A program made the translations under genes and the position numbers. Under the pieces are notes generated by a model. That model did not search any database. It saw only the letters and a program-made list of their open reading frames with translations, and was not told the origin of the DNA. This document shows, in pieces, positions 20,160 to 32,999 of a DNA stretch of 64,000 bases (within the stretch, counting starts at the first letter, position 1; each line of letters starts with the position of its first letter). Source of the DNA: an uncultured Verrucomicrobiae bacterium (GTDB taxonomy: Bacteria > Verrucomicrobiota > Verrucomicrobiia > Chthoniobacterales > UBA10450); contig CAWIBO010000002.1 in assembly GCA_963834385.1 (NCBI GenBank), positions 256,001-320,000 of the forward strand, read 5' to 3'.

Positions 20160-21470
20160 TCAGGCGCGCGGAGACGGCGCCTGGAGAAGCGCGGTGGCTT
20201 CCCGCGCGATCCGTTCGCCGGTCTCTTCCAACCCGGCCGGATCCATAAACTCCTGAAGGAGGCTCCCGGCCCGTCGCGCCACGCGCTGCGCCATGCTGGC
20301 AGCCCCGAAGGCCGGCACGCGTCCCGCCATTTCCAGCAGCCCATCCACGTAGATTTCCGGGGCGTGGGCCGCGGCCAGAAACTCACGCCCGCGCCGGCCC
20401 ATCTCGTAATAAGGTGCGGGATCCGCGGCAAAAGCGGCCAGGTGCCGCCGGATGTCGGCGGTCTCTTCGCCGGGCCGGACATGCGCCACCGTTTCCTCCG
20501 GCAGATCAGAATAGAATCCGACCGGCGTGACCATCGTGGGGAGGGCGTGCTGCCAATACTGGAGCTGGGTGCCGGAGGCTTCGCCCATCGTCGGGTAGCG
20601 CAGGTTGATCCCGAAGTCGGCCGAGGCCAGCGCGGCCTCGAGTTCCTCGCGCGGCACCAACCCGTGCAGATGGACCAGTTTTTCCAGCGCCAGCGCGGCG
20701 ATCGTCCTTCGGAGGGCCGCGGGATCGCGCACCTCTCCGTAAAGATGAAGCTGGAAAAGGTCCCGTTGCACGAAGCCGCTCAGGGCGGCGAGGGTTTGTT
20801 CCAGGCGGCGGTTCAAACCCAAATAGCCGAAAATAATCAGGCGGTACGGTGGCAGATGCGGTCGCCGCGGCGGCGGAGCCGGGCCGGCCTTTTCCGGCAG
20901 GGGAAGGCGGGCAACGGACCAGCGTCCCATTTTTTTCACCCGGAGAAAGGCGGCGCGACTGTGCGTTATGACTGCGAGCGCCATTTCCAGCGCTGCCGGA
21001 GTGAGCGGAAAATCGAGGGAGAGCGAGTCGATATCGCGCTGGCCGCGCCAGAATTGCCCGGCCGCGAGGCGCCCCCGGTTTCCATAATATTTTTGCATGA
21101 GGGCAACGTGCCCCGCGGGGTCGGAACGCTCTTCGCCGTAGTGAATGGTGAAGAACCCCTGCAGGGCATCCTCGTGCAAAATGACCACGCCGGGCAGGCG
21201 CTGACTGGCGCGCCAGATCGCGCTGTGGAACCGGGCGTTATTGCCCATGTTGTAAAAGGTGGCGTCGCTCTTGTTGAGTGTGTCCCACCAAAGTTCGCCC
21301 GGGTTGAACTGGTGCACGGTGGCGAACTCCTCCAGGCTTTTGTCCCAGGAGCCCTGGTCCGTCCAGAGAGCGACCTCGGCGCGCCGGGCCAGGTAGGGAA
21401 GCAAAACGCCCGTGGTATAGGCGATGCCCGAGGGTGCCGGCGGGAGGGGGGAGAACCAGTTGATTCTCAC
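20160..21470 (-). CDS. GT4-family glycosyltransferase
   Basis: WFSPLPPAPSGIA, YNMGN, INLRYPTMGEASG. Confidence 0.88.
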   Translation of the reverse strand: MRINWFSPLPPAPSGIAYTTGVLLPYLARRAEVALWTDQGSWDKSLEEFATVHQFNPGELWWDTLNKSDATFYNMGNNARFHSAIWRASQRLPGVVILHEDALQGFFTIHYGEERSDPAGHVALMQKYYGNRGRLAAGQFWRGQRDIDSLSLDFPLTPAALEMALAVITHSRAAFLRVKKMGRWSVARLPLPEKAGPAPPPRRPHLPPYRLIIFGYLGLNRRLEQTLAALSGFVQRDLFQLHLYGEVRDPAALRRTIAALALEKLVHLHGLVPREELEAALASADFGINLRYPTMGEASGTQLQYWQHALPTMVTPVGFYSDLPEETVAHVRPGEETADIRRHLAAFAADPAPYYEMGRRGREFLAAAHAPEIYVDGLLEMAGRVPAFGAASMAQRVARRAGSLLQEFMDPAGLEETGERIAREATALLQAPSPRA

Positions 21471-22516
21471 GCGAGCAGGCGATCGACCACCGTTTCCCAG
21501 TTGATTTCCAAACTGTCGTAAAGCGCGCGCCCTTCCTCGCCCATGTCGCGCGCGCGAGCCGGGTCGGCCGCCAACGCGCGGATGGCCGCGGCCAGTGCCT
21601 CGGGAGTCGGCTCACTGACCAGACCCGTCCGCTCATGCCGGACGAACTCGCGCGCCCCACCGGCATCACTGACCGTGATGACCGGCTTGGCCGCGAGCAT
21701 GGCCTCAAGCGTGACGTAACCGTAATCCTCATCCAGGGGCGGATAAATCACCCCCAGGCACTGCGCGTACTGCCGCAGTTTCTCTTCTTCCGTTATGTGC
21801 CCGAGCCAGCGGATCCGGCCGGCCAGGCCGAGCTCGGCGCTTCGGCGGGCCAGACTTTCGTGGTAAGGCTGATCGTCGGGCGCGCCGGCGAAGTGGACCC
21901 GCAGATTTCCGGGGACCGCGGCCAGAGCTTCCAGCACAAGCATCTGGCGCTTGATCCTGGTAATGCGACTGGGGAAAAACAGAAAATCGCCCGGAGGTCC
22001 CGGATAAAACAGGGCGGCGTTCCGGGGCGGGTGATAGAGCGGTTCGGCCACGCAGGCGCTGTAACGGTGGAGGCGGTCGGCCACATTCCGGGAATTGGCG
22101 TAGACCAGATGAGCCTCAGCGAAGCAGTTCTCGTCCGCCCGGCGAATGGAATCGCGGATGGGACGGCCGAGGCCAACGTGCAGGAGGTCGCACAGGCTCG
22201 GATGCTGCCAGAGATCATAGGCGGGTCGATGCTGGTGCAGCACCCAGAGGACCTTGCACGGGTGCGCCACCAGATAGGCGGGAAATTTGAGGCCGATGAC
22301 ACGGTCGATCGGCTGCCCGTCGCTTTCCGTCAGGTCAAGCAGCCGGCAGGCGAGCATATGGTCGAGAATGCGCTCGGCGGGATACCATTTGAACGGAATC
22401 GCCACGATCTCAGCCTGGTGTCCGGCCTGGCGGAAGGCCTCGCGCAATTCCTCGGCGTGAATCTCGGCGCCTCCGAAAACGAACGGCACCTGAGTGGTGG
22501 CGATGACAACTCTCAT
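21467..22516 (-). CDS. GT4-family glycosyltransferase
   Basis: PFVFGGAE, SRITRIKR, EDYGYVTLEAMLAAKPVI. Confidence 0.92.
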   Translation of the reverse strand: MRVVIATTQVPFVFGGAEIHAEELREAFRQAGHQAEIVAIPFKWYPAERILDHMLACRLLDLTESDGQPIDRVIGLKFPAYLVAHPCKVLWVLHQHRPAYDLWQHPSLCDLLHVGLGRPIRDSIRRADENCFAEAHLVYANSRNVADRLHRYSACVAEPLYHPPRNAALFYPGPPGDFLFFPSRITRIKRQMLVLEALAAVPGNLRVHFAGAPDDQPYHESLARRSAELGLAGRIRWLGHITEEEKLRQYAQCLGVIYPPLDEDYGYVTLEAMLAAKPVITVSDAGGAREFVRHERTGLVSEPTPEALAAAIRALAADPARARDMGEEGRALYDSLEINWETVVDRLLA

Positions 22517-22561
22517 GCGGGGAGTTGCGGGAGCCGGAGAACTCCTGCCGGGAAGGCGAGG

Positions 22562-23158
22562 TCAATCATAAAGTCCGGCGGCAAAACACCATGGACTGAT
22601 TTTTCGAACAAGCTCAATCATCTCCGGGGTATAGGATTTATCCACTTCCTCGGATTTACTGCGGTTCAGGTGGGGAAAATCGAGTTCGAGGCGGAGGCCC
22701 AGCCTCTCGTTCAAGACCTGCTCGGCGTCGCGGGAGAATTCTTCCAGCCGAATCAGGTGAACGTTGGGGGGGAGGACGCCCTTGACGAGGAGCATCTTGG
22801 CAAAGACGTCGTAAAAAATATTCCCGCGCACAAATTCCGGAAAGGAGCAGCGGCGCGCCGCCTGGACATGGGGCAGAAAAGTCTCGGCGGATCCGCTGGT
22901 CAGCCCGCGATAAAAGCGATAGACGGAAGCCACCTGGGCGAGCGGATGCCGCACCAGGCTGATGATGCGCAGCTGGGCGGGATCGCGGCCGCGCAACCGC
23001 CAGCACCGGTAAACCTCGTCCACCGAATGATGCGGCTGTGGCAGTTCCACCGATTCCTCCACATCGAGAATGTTGCGCTGGAGAAAAGTGCGAAAGGAGG
23101 TTCCACCCGTCTTGTGGATATGGACGAAGATCAGGTTGCGCGAGAGGGAATGGAGCAT
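22562..23158 (-). CDS. Sulfotransferase (family 2-like)
   Basis: FVHIHKTGGTS (5'-PSB-like), VRHPLAQVAS (3'-PB-like), PHLN. Confidence 0.8.
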   Translation of the reverse strand: MLHSLSRNLIFVHIHKTGGTSFRTFLQRNILDVEESVELPQPHHSVDEVYRCWRLRGRDPAQLRIISLVRHPLAQVASVYRFYRGLTSGSAETFLPHVQAARRCSFPEFVRGNIFYDVFAKMLLVKGVLPPNVHLIRLEEFSRDAEQVLNERLGLRLELDFPHLNRSKSEEVDKSYTPEMIELVRKISPWCFAAGLYD

Positions 23159-23166
23159 GACAAAAC

Positions 23167-24474
23167 TCAGGCCCGCGGGGGCGCGTCGGCCGGCTTGGTG
23201 GCGAGCAGCGCGTAGTCGCGCGGCCCGGCGACCAGTTCGTTGAAACGTTCCGCCAGCGCGGGCGAGCCGCCGGGAGCGACGCGCTCCGAAGCTGGCTCCG
23301 GTGAGAGGAGCATGATCTCCGTGGAAGAAAAGCCGCGCGCCTGAAAGAGAAACAACATGAACTCCCGGGGCAGCGGCCGCTGATGGGTGGGATCAAGGTG
23401 AAAGGTCCGCGTGCTGACGATGAGGTTGTCGGGATTCGGAGTCTCGAAAATAACCAGACCGCCCGGGGCGAGGACCCGCCGGGCTTCATCGATGAGAGCA
23501 ATCAGGACATGGAATGGGAGATGTTCCGCAAGATGGAACGCGGTCACGACGGCAAACTGCGCGGCCGGCGCCTGTCGCAGATGATCGAGGGCGTCGGCAT
23601 AGACGATTGTCAGACCGAGCGCCCGGCCATCCGCGCAGAAGACGGCGTTGCTCTCGACGCCCACCGCCTCCAGGCCCTCCTCGGTCATGAGCCGCAGCCA
23701 TTCGCCGCGGCCGCAACCGAGGTCGAGGACGGTCCTGTTTCCAAGCGCCTGGGTGACCTCCCGGACGCGCGGAAGAAAAACGCGCTGTCTTTCCCGGATC
23801 AGGTCTTCGCTTCCGCGAAAAGAGGTGGCGAATTGAGCATAGAATTCGTCGCACCCGGGGAAGGGCTGGGGCAGGAGACGGCGCATCTTAAGCAGGGCTT
23901 CGCGCAGGGCGAAAATCTCACGACCCTGCGCCACGCTGTCCGCCGTCACCCTGGTCAACTGGCGTTCGAGATGTTTTTGCTTCGCCTCCCACGTTTCCCG
24001 TTCCGCGCCGATGGTGCTCAGGTGCTCAATTTCTTCCTGCCGCCTCCGATCATCGAACGCGAGGCGCTGGAGGAAACGCTCCACGACCTGGTCGCGCCGT
24101 TCCAACCGGCGCAGGCTGGCCTGCAGTTTCGGCATAAGTTCAACCACCAGGCGCAGCGCTTTGATCAACTCGGACTGGGAACGCGCCAGCCAGCTGTTCA
24201 ACCGGGCCTGACGCCGAAGATTCCGCAGGAAATACCGCCAGCCGGTCGGAGCCAGCCGGTCGCGCGCCTCCCGGGTCAGCGCCGCCGCTTTCCGCAGATG
24301 CGCGGCGGCCGGGAAACTCCCCGTCAGGTCGTCTTCCGGCACGGCCGAAACCTCGACGCGTTCCGGATGCCTTGCCCCCTCTTGCAAGGAGGCGGCCAGA
24401 AGGGCGGGAGTGGCGTCCACAAACGTGAACTCGACCGCCCGGTCCGTGTGTCCGGCCTGCGAAGGTGACGCCAT
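23167..24474 (-). CDS. Coiled-coil plus class I SAM methyltransferase (glycan chain-end methyltransferase-like)
   Basis: Heptad-rich N-terminal half, then FRGSEDLI, VLDLGCGRGEWL, ETPNP, DPTH. Confidence 0.85.
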   Translation of the reverse strand: MASPSQAGHTDRAVEFTFVDATPALLAASLQEGARHPERVEVSAVPEDDLTGSFPAAAHLRKAAALTREARDRLAPTGWRYFLRNLRRQARLNSWLARSQSELIKALRLVVELMPKLQASLRRLERRDQVVERFLQRLAFDDRRRQEEIEHLSTIGAERETWEAKQKHLERQLTRVTADSVAQGREIFALREALLKMRRLLPQPFPGCDEFYAQFATSFRGSEDLIRERQRVFLPRVREVTQALGNRTVLDLGCGRGEWLRLMTEEGLEAVGVESNAVFCADGRALGLTIVYADALDHLRQAPAAQFAVVTAFHLAEHLPFHVLIALIDEARRVLAPGGLVIFETPNPDNLIVSTRTFHLDPTHQRPLPREFMLFLFQARGFSSTEIMLLSPEPASERVAPGGSPALAERFNELVAGPRDYALLATKPADAPPRA

Positions 24475-24482
24475 CTCTGCGC

Positions 24483-25064
24483 TTATTTACTCCCAGGTTT
24501 CACCGGAGGAACAGTCTTTAAATCGTCCGGGAGATTGTCGGGCGGGAACGTTTCCACGTTCATTTCCACCAGGCTGAAGAAGGGGCACCCGAAGTCGGGA
24601 CGGTTCCCGCCGCTCCGGTCGACGATGACGGCGGCGGCCGTCACCTCGCCGCCATGGGCCCGGACAATGTCGATCGTCTCCTGGACCCGGCCCCCGCGGG
24701 TGACCACATCCTCCGCCACGACAAATTTTTCCCCCGGCCGGATCTGGAACCCGCGCCGCAGGACCAGGCCCCCGTCCGCGTCTTTCTCCGCGAAGATGTG
24801 CCGTTTCCCAAGGGCCCGTCCCACCTCCTGCCCGACCACGATGCCGCCAAGGGCGGGAGAGATGACCGCATCACACGGGAGATGCCGGACCTTGTCCGCC
24901 AGCCGTCCGCACACGTCCGCCGCGATCCCGGTGTGCTGAAGAAGGATGGCGCATTGGAAAAACTGCCGGCTGCGCAGCCCGGACCGGAGAATGAAATGAC
25001 CGTCCAAAAGCGCGCCGGTGTCGCGGAAGAGCTGGAGCAGGTCTTTCATGGCGATCAGGCGCAC
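24483..25064 (-). CDS. pyrE: Orotate phosphoribosyltransferase
   Basis: GHFILRSG, PALGG, VAEDVVTRGG. Confidence 0.95.
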   Translation of the reverse strand: MRLIAMKDLLQLFRDTGALLDGHFILRSGLRSRQFFQCAILLQHTGIAADVCGRLADKVRHLPCDAVISPALGGIVVGQEVGRALGKRHIFAEKDADGGLVLRRGFQIRPGEKFVVAEDVVTRGGRVQETIDIVRAHGGEVTAAAVIVDRSGGNRPDFGCPFFSLVEMNVETFPPDNLPDDLKTVPPVKPGSK

Positions 25065-25079
25065 GGCGAACCCCGCCGG

Positions 25080-25499
25080 TTAACCCGAGGTGTCAGCGGC
25101 CACACCGCCGGACGATCCCTGCCCGCCCACGGCAATCGCTTCGATCTCCACCTTGGCGTTCTTCGGCAGGGCCGAAACCTGCACGGTGGACCGGGCGGGC
25201 GGGTTCTCCTTGAAGAAGCCGCCATAGACCCCGTTCATGGTCTGGAAATCGCCGAAGTCGGTCAGGAAGACGGTGGTCTTGACGACATTATCCATGGTGA
25301 GGCCTTCCGCCTTCAGGATGGCGGCCATGTTCTCCAGGACGCGCCGGGTTTGCTCGGCCACGTCCTGGGAGACGATCTCGCCGGATTGCGGGTCGAGCGG
25401 GATCTGGCCGGCGCAAAAGAGCAGGGAACCGGCCCGGACGGCCTGCGAATAAGGCCCGATGGCGGCCGGTGCTTCCTTCGTGGAAATGATTTTCTTCAT
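25080..25499 (-). CDS. RidA family reactive intermediate deaminase
   Basis: APAAIGPYSQAV, GQIP, PPARSTVQV, VEIEAIA. Confidence 0.95.
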   Translation of the reverse strand: MKKIISTKEAPAAIGPYSQAVRAGSLLFCAGQIPLDPQSGEIVSQDVAEQTRRVLENMAAILKAEGLTMDNVVKTTVFLTDFGDFQTMNGVYGGFFKENPPARSTVQVSALPKNAKVEIEAIAVGGQGSSGGVAADTSG

Positions 25500-25630
25500 G
25501 GCCGGAAGCTTAGCGCGCAGGACGCAGGTGACCAGCGCGGGTTGCGTGCTTTCACGGGGAGGTCTCCAGCCATAATTTGTTTGCGCTTTGCCCCGGGGAA
25601 CGGATTGTTCGGATTCCGGAGAAGCGGCCC

Positions 25631-28657
<3,027 letters not shown>

Positions 28658-28723
28658 GGCGACCGGGCGCGCTGCCGTTGGAAGGAAGCCAAGAGTTTTG
28701 GCATTATCCCAGCGCGCCGCCTC

Positions 28724-28837
28724 GGTCATCCCGAGCCGCGCAGACGGCGAGGGACCTCGCGAATGGCGTTTGACGCGGCTTATTGCAGACGCCGTCGAAA
28801 GTAATTCGGGAGGTCCTTCGCTTCGCTCAGGATGACC
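28724..28837. repeat. REP-like inverted repeat pair (GTCATCC-type) between convergent genes
   Basis: Left arm GGTCATCCCGAGC...GCGAGGGACCTCGCGAAT. Reverse complement of the right arm GGTCATCCTGAGCGAAGCGAAGGACCTCCCGAAT. Confidence 0.8.
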
Positions 28838-28850
28838 CGGGGAGATGCGC

Positions 28851-29231
28851 CTATTGGACTTCGTAGGTGGTGATCTCGAGGCGGTGGCCGTCCGGGTCGC
28901 GGAAATAGATGGAATGCGCGATTTTGTGATCCTCGAAGGCGAACGGGATTTCGCGCTCTTTTAATTCCTCGCGCGCCCGGTCGAAGTTCGCGCGGGTGGC
29001 GCGAAAGGCGAGATGGCGCATGGCGATCGTCGACTTGCCCGGCGGAGGCTGGGCTTCGCCTTCCACCGGAAAGAGCGCGACGGCCGTTTCTCCGTGGCCA
29101 ACAAAGGCCGGCATCTCTCCCCAGACGTCGGCGTGCATCCGCTGGAATCCGAGCACTTCGCAATACCAGGCCACGGCCGCCGGGAGATCGCGCACGGCCA
29201 GGGCCACATGATCAAGACCTTCGAGTTGCAT
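28851..29231 (-). CDS. VOC/glyoxalase family protein
   Basis: LDHVALAVRD, HLAF, IYFRDPDGHRLEI. Confidence 0.93.
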   Translation of the reverse strand: MQLEGLDHVALAVRDLPAAVAWYCEVLGFQRMHADVWGEMPAFVGHGETAVALFPVEGEAQPPPGKSTIAMRHLAFRATRANFDRAREELKEREIPFAFEDHKIAHSIYFRDPDGHRLEITTYEVQ

Positions 29232-29299
29232 GGAAATTGCCGCCCGCCCGGAATTCTGAAAGGATGGCGCGGCCCCGCATGATAGCGCGTTCCTCCAGT

Positions 29300-30922
29300 G
29301 TGCCGGCAACAGCAAATGTTCGCTCATGGACGCGCCGGGATTTTTTGCGCGTGGCCGCCGCGACCGGCCTGCTCTGTGCCAGCCCGCGCCTCTTCAGCGC
29401 GCGCCCGGAGGACCGGGTCACTGTTTCCATTCTGCACACGACCGATCTGCACGGGCATATTTTGCCCACGCGCGATTACCTTGGCACGGAGAACCTGGGC
29501 GGCCTGGCCCGGTGCGTGACCCAGATCCGGCGTTGGCGGAAGGAAAACCCGAACGCCGTCGTGATCGACGTGGGCGACCTTTACCAGGGAACGGAAGCGG
29601 GCTTGCGCACCAAGGGACGGATCATGACGGAGATGCTGAACCTGGCCGGGTTCGACGCCTGGGTGGTGGGGAACCATGAGTTCGACTGGGGGATCGATCC
29701 GTTCTGGAACGCGCTGGAGCATTCACGGATGCCGGTGCTGGGCGCGAACATGTCGCGCGCGGGCGAGATCGCGGGCGCGGCGCGGGATGGCCGCCATCCC
29801 TTTGCCCGGATCGCGCCGTTCCTCCTGCGCGAGTTCGAGGGGATCAAGGTGGCGATCATTGGCGTGACCACGCCCGGGATGCCTTTCTGGTTCCGGCCCG
29901 AATATTTGGGTGGCCTTTCCTTTGCCTATCCGGTGGAGCCGGTCCGGCGCGCGGTGCGCGCCGCGAGCGCGGCCGGGGCGAACGCGATCGTGCTGGCCGC
30001 GCACATGGGCCTGAAGGATCGCACGGGGGGCGATGATTTTGCCAACACGCTCATGGCTCTCACGGCGGAGTTTCCGGAGATCGCGGTGGTGATCGCCGGG
30101 CACACGCATCGTTTGGTCGAGAGCCGGCTCACCGGCACGGCGCTCCTGACTCAGGCCGATCATTTCGGGATCCATGCAGGACGGGTGGACCTCGTTTTCG
30201 ATCGCGCCTCGAAGAAACTGGTGGGCCGCAGTGCGCGCTGCGCCCTGATGGATCGCCGGATCAGGCCGGACCCGATCATCCTGGCGCGGGCGCGTCCGCA
30301 TCTGCGCGCGGCCCAACGCGTCCTGCGGCAACGGGTGGGGCGGCTGCGTGCGCCGTTGGGCCGGCGGAGCGAACCCGGTTTTCCCAGCGGCTTCGAGCTG
30401 CTGATCGCGGCGGCGGTGCGAGAGGCGCTGGCGTCGCGGGGAACACCGGTCGATGGCGTGTTGCACGGCACGTTTGGCGAAAAAACAATTGCACCCGGCC
30501 CGGTCACGGTGGCCGATATCTGGGAGATGGTCCCTTTTGAGAATCACGTGGTCACGGCAAACCTGAGCGGCCGGGAAATACGGGCGGTGCTGGACGAGGT
30601 TTTCCAGGTGCGTGAAACGCGCAACCTGATGGGCTTTGGGATGAACATCGAGGGCAGCGGTCGTGAGCGCCGGGTGCGCGCCCTGCGCAAGGCGAACGGC
30701 GAACCGGCCGGGGACGATGAACGGTTTACCATCGCCATGAACAGCTTCGATTCGCGCAGCGCGGGGCATCGCTTCATGATCCTGCGCGATCTTCTGGAAC
30801 GAAACGCGGCCCGGCCGGTCCTGCATCCGGTGCAGACGCGGGAAGCGCTGATCGCCTACTTCGAGCGGCACGAGGTGGTTGATCCCGCGCTTCTCTCCGG
30901 CGACCTGCCGGCGGCGGCGTGA
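29300..30922 (+). CDS. Tat-exported bifunctional metallophosphoesterase / 5'-nucleotidase
   Basis: TRRDFL Tat motif; TDLHG, DVGD, GNHEFD, AGHTH; C-terminal PFEN. Confidence 0.9.
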   Translation: MPATANVRSWTRRDFLRVAAATGLLCASPRLFSARPEDRVTVSILHTTDLHGHILPTRDYLGTENLGGLARCVTQIRRWRKENPNAVVIDVGDLYQGTEAGLRTKGRIMTEMLNLAGFDAWVVGNHEFDWGIDPFWNALEHSRMPVLGANMSRAGEIAGAARDGRHPFARIAPFLLREFEGIKVAIIGVTTPGMPFWFRPEYLGGLSFAYPVEPVRRAVRAASAAGANAIVLAAHMGLKDRTGGDDFANTLMALTAEFPEIAVVIAGHTHRLVESRLTGTALLTQADHFGIHAGRVDLVFDRASKKLVGRSARCALMDRRIRPDPIILARARPHLRAAQRVLRQRVGRLRAPLGRRSEPGFPSGFELLIAAAVREALASRGTPVDGVLHGTFGEKTIAPGPVTVADIWEMVPFENHVVTANLSGREIRAVLDEVFQVRETRNLMGFGMNIEGSGRERRVRALRKANGEPAGDDERFTIAMNSFDSRSAGHRFMILRDLLERNAARPVLHPVQTREALIAYFERHEVVDPALLSGDLPAAA

Positions 30923-31521
30923 GCGAGGTCGGCGAAGGATCAGGGATGTTGCCGCGCGCTTTTTTCCAGGATGAACCTTTGCAGTGCGCCCGCCGATTGA
31001 TCGGCACCCGTCTTCTCTGGGGCCGCAGCGAGGGCATCGTCGTGGAGACCGAGGCTTACCTGACGGAGAACGACGAGGCCTGCCATACCTTTATGCGGCC
31101 CAGCACCCGGGCGTTCGTGGCGCGGAACCAGGCGGGCGCGGCTTACATTTACCTGAACTACGGCATGCATTGGATGCTGAACGTGCTGGTGAAGGATGGA
31201 CCGCGGAACGGCCTGATCCTGATCCGCGCCATCGAGCCACGGCGCGGCCTGGGCCTGATGCGGCGGCGCCGCGGGGTGGAGGAGGTGCGCCAGCTTTGTT
31301 CCGGGCCGGGGAAGCTGACGCAGGCGCTGGCCATCGACCAGCGACATCACGAGATCGATCTCTGCGCACCCGGGCGGCACGGCTTCGCCGCCGGGGATGA
31401 ACCGGTCGCCGTGGTGGCCGATCCGCGCATCGGCATTTCGCGCGCCAAGGATTTTCCATGGCGATTTACCTTGCGCGACAGTCCGTTCGTCAGTCGAAAG
31501 CCGCGCGTGGCGGCGCGGTGA
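30919..31521 (+). CDS. 3-methyladenine DNA glycosylase (MPG/AAG)
   Basis: IVETEAY, YIYLNYGMHWMLN, LIRAIEP, GPGKL, RIGI. Confidence 0.93.
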   Translation: MSEVGEGSGMLPRAFFQDEPLQCARRLIGTRLLWGRSEGIVVETEAYLTENDEACHTFMRPSTRAFVARNQAGAAYIYLNYGMHWMLNVLVKDGPRNGLILIRAIEPRRGLGLMRRRRGVEEVRQLCSGPGKLTQALAIDQRHHEIDLCAPGRHGFAAGDEPVAVVADPRIGISRAKDFPWRFTLRDSPFVSRKPRVAAR

Positions 31522-31572
31522 GAGAGCGGGCGCGTTGACGGGCGGCGCGGTTGCGCGGACGTTGCCGGTTCC

Positions 31573-32661
31573 ATGAAGAAAGAACGTGTTCTCCTCGGCA
31601 TGAGCGGGGGCGTCGACTCGAGCGTCGCCGGCTACCTGCTGCGCGAGCAGGGCTATGACGTGGTCGGCGTGACCATGAAAGTCTGGCCGCAGGATTGCGT
31701 CTCGCGGGCGGAGGACAAATGCTGCGGACCGCAGGCGGTGGCGGACGCGCGGGCGGTCGCGCACGCGCTCGGCCTGCCGCATTACGTGGTGGACGAGGCG
31801 GACCAGTTCGAAAAGCTCGTGATTGATTATTTTTCGAGCGAATACCAGGCCGGCCGGACGCCGAACCCGTGCGTGATGTGCAACGAGAAACTGAAGTTTG
31901 GCAATCTTTGGGAAAAGGCGGCGGCGCTGGGCTGCGCCTACATTGCCACGGGTCATTACGCCATTATCGAGCACCGGGGGGACCGGGCCGTCCTGCGCAA
32001 GGGGGTCGATCCGACAAAGGACCAGTCCTATTTTCTTTTCAGCCTGCGGCAGGAGCAGTTGCGGCGGGCGTTGACGCCGCTGGGCGGGATGGCGAAGCAG
32101 GAGATTCGGGCGATTGCCCGGTCGCTCGGCCTGAAAACGGCGGACAAGGTGGACAGCCAGGAGATTTGTTTCGTGCCGGGGAACGATTACAAGGCCTTCC
32201 TGCGTTCGCACCTGGGCGAAGGCGAGTTTCATCCAGGCGGCATCTACGATCTTGGAGGAAACTTCTTGGGCGAGCATGGCGGGATCGAGATGTTCACGAT
32301 CGGGCAGCGCAAGGGGCTCCCCGGCGGCTCGGCCCAGCCGCGTTACGTGGTCGATATCGATGCGGAAACCAGCCGGGTCATTGTCGGCACGGCGGAGGAT
32401 TTGGTTTCCGACGAGTTTGAGATCGACCGGGCCACCTGGCACGAGCCGGGCGAGGAGGAGTTCGAGGCGACGGTGAAGATTCGTTACGCGCACAAGGGGA
32501 CGGCGGCGACGGTGCGCCCGGCCGGGGACGGCCGGGCGGTGATCCGCCTGCACGAACCGCAAAAGGCGGTGACCCCGGGACAGGCCGCGGTGGTTTACCG
32601 GGGCGACGTGGTTTTGGGCGGCGGCTGGATCACACGGCAGCGCGCGCTGGTCCCGGCCTAG
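31573..32661 (+). CDS. mnmA: tRNA 2-thiouridylase
   Basis: MSGGVDSS, TPNPCVMCN, ATGHY, KDQSYFL, TIGQR, PGQ. Confidence 0.97.
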   Translation: MKKERVLLGMSGGVDSSVAGYLLREQGYDVVGVTMKVWPQDCVSRAEDKCCGPQAVADARAVAHALGLPHYVVDEADQFEKLVIDYFSSEYQAGRTPNPCVMCNEKLKFGNLWEKAAALGCAYIATGHYAIIEHRGDRAVLRKGVDPTKDQSYFLFSLRQEQLRRALTPLGGMAKQEIRAIARSLGLKTADKVDSQEICFVPGNDYKAFLRSHLGEGEFHPGGIYDLGGNFLGEHGGIEMFTIGQRKGLPGGSAQPRYVVDIDAETSRVIVGTAEDLVSDEFEIDRATWHEPGEEEFEATVKIRYAHKGTAATVRPAGDGRAVIRLHEPQKAVTPGQAAVVYRGDVVLGGGWITRQRALVPA

Positions 32662-32663
32662 CC

Positions 32664-32999
32664 ATGCAGGCGGAAGTGTTGCTGGTTTTCAGCACGTTCC
32701 CGGACGCGGAAAAAGCCGGGGAAGTGGCTCGCCGGCTGGTGGAGGAAAAACTGGCGGCGTGCGCCAATATCCTGCCCGGCCTGCAATCGATCTACACCTG
32801 GGAAGGGAGCGTGACCGAGGCGTCCGAGGTGCTCTGTCTCTTCAAGGTGACGCGCGACGGTTATCCCGCGCTGGCCCGGCGGCTGGCGGAGTTGCACCCG
32901 TACGAGGTGCCGGAAATTATCGGGCTTTCCGTGGCGGAGGGGTTGCCCGCCTACCTGGGCTGGGTTGCACAGGAGTGCGTGGAACGTAAACGGGTGTAG
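32664..32999 (+). CDS. cutA: Divalent-cation tolerance protein
   Basis: KLAACAN, SIYTWEG, HPYEVPEII, YLGW. Confidence 0.93.
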   Translation: MQAEVLLVFSTFPDAEKAGEVARRLVEEKLAACANILPGLQSIYTWEGSVTEASEVLCLFKVTRDGYPALARRLAELHPYEVPEIIGLSVAEGLPAYLGWVAQECVERKRV

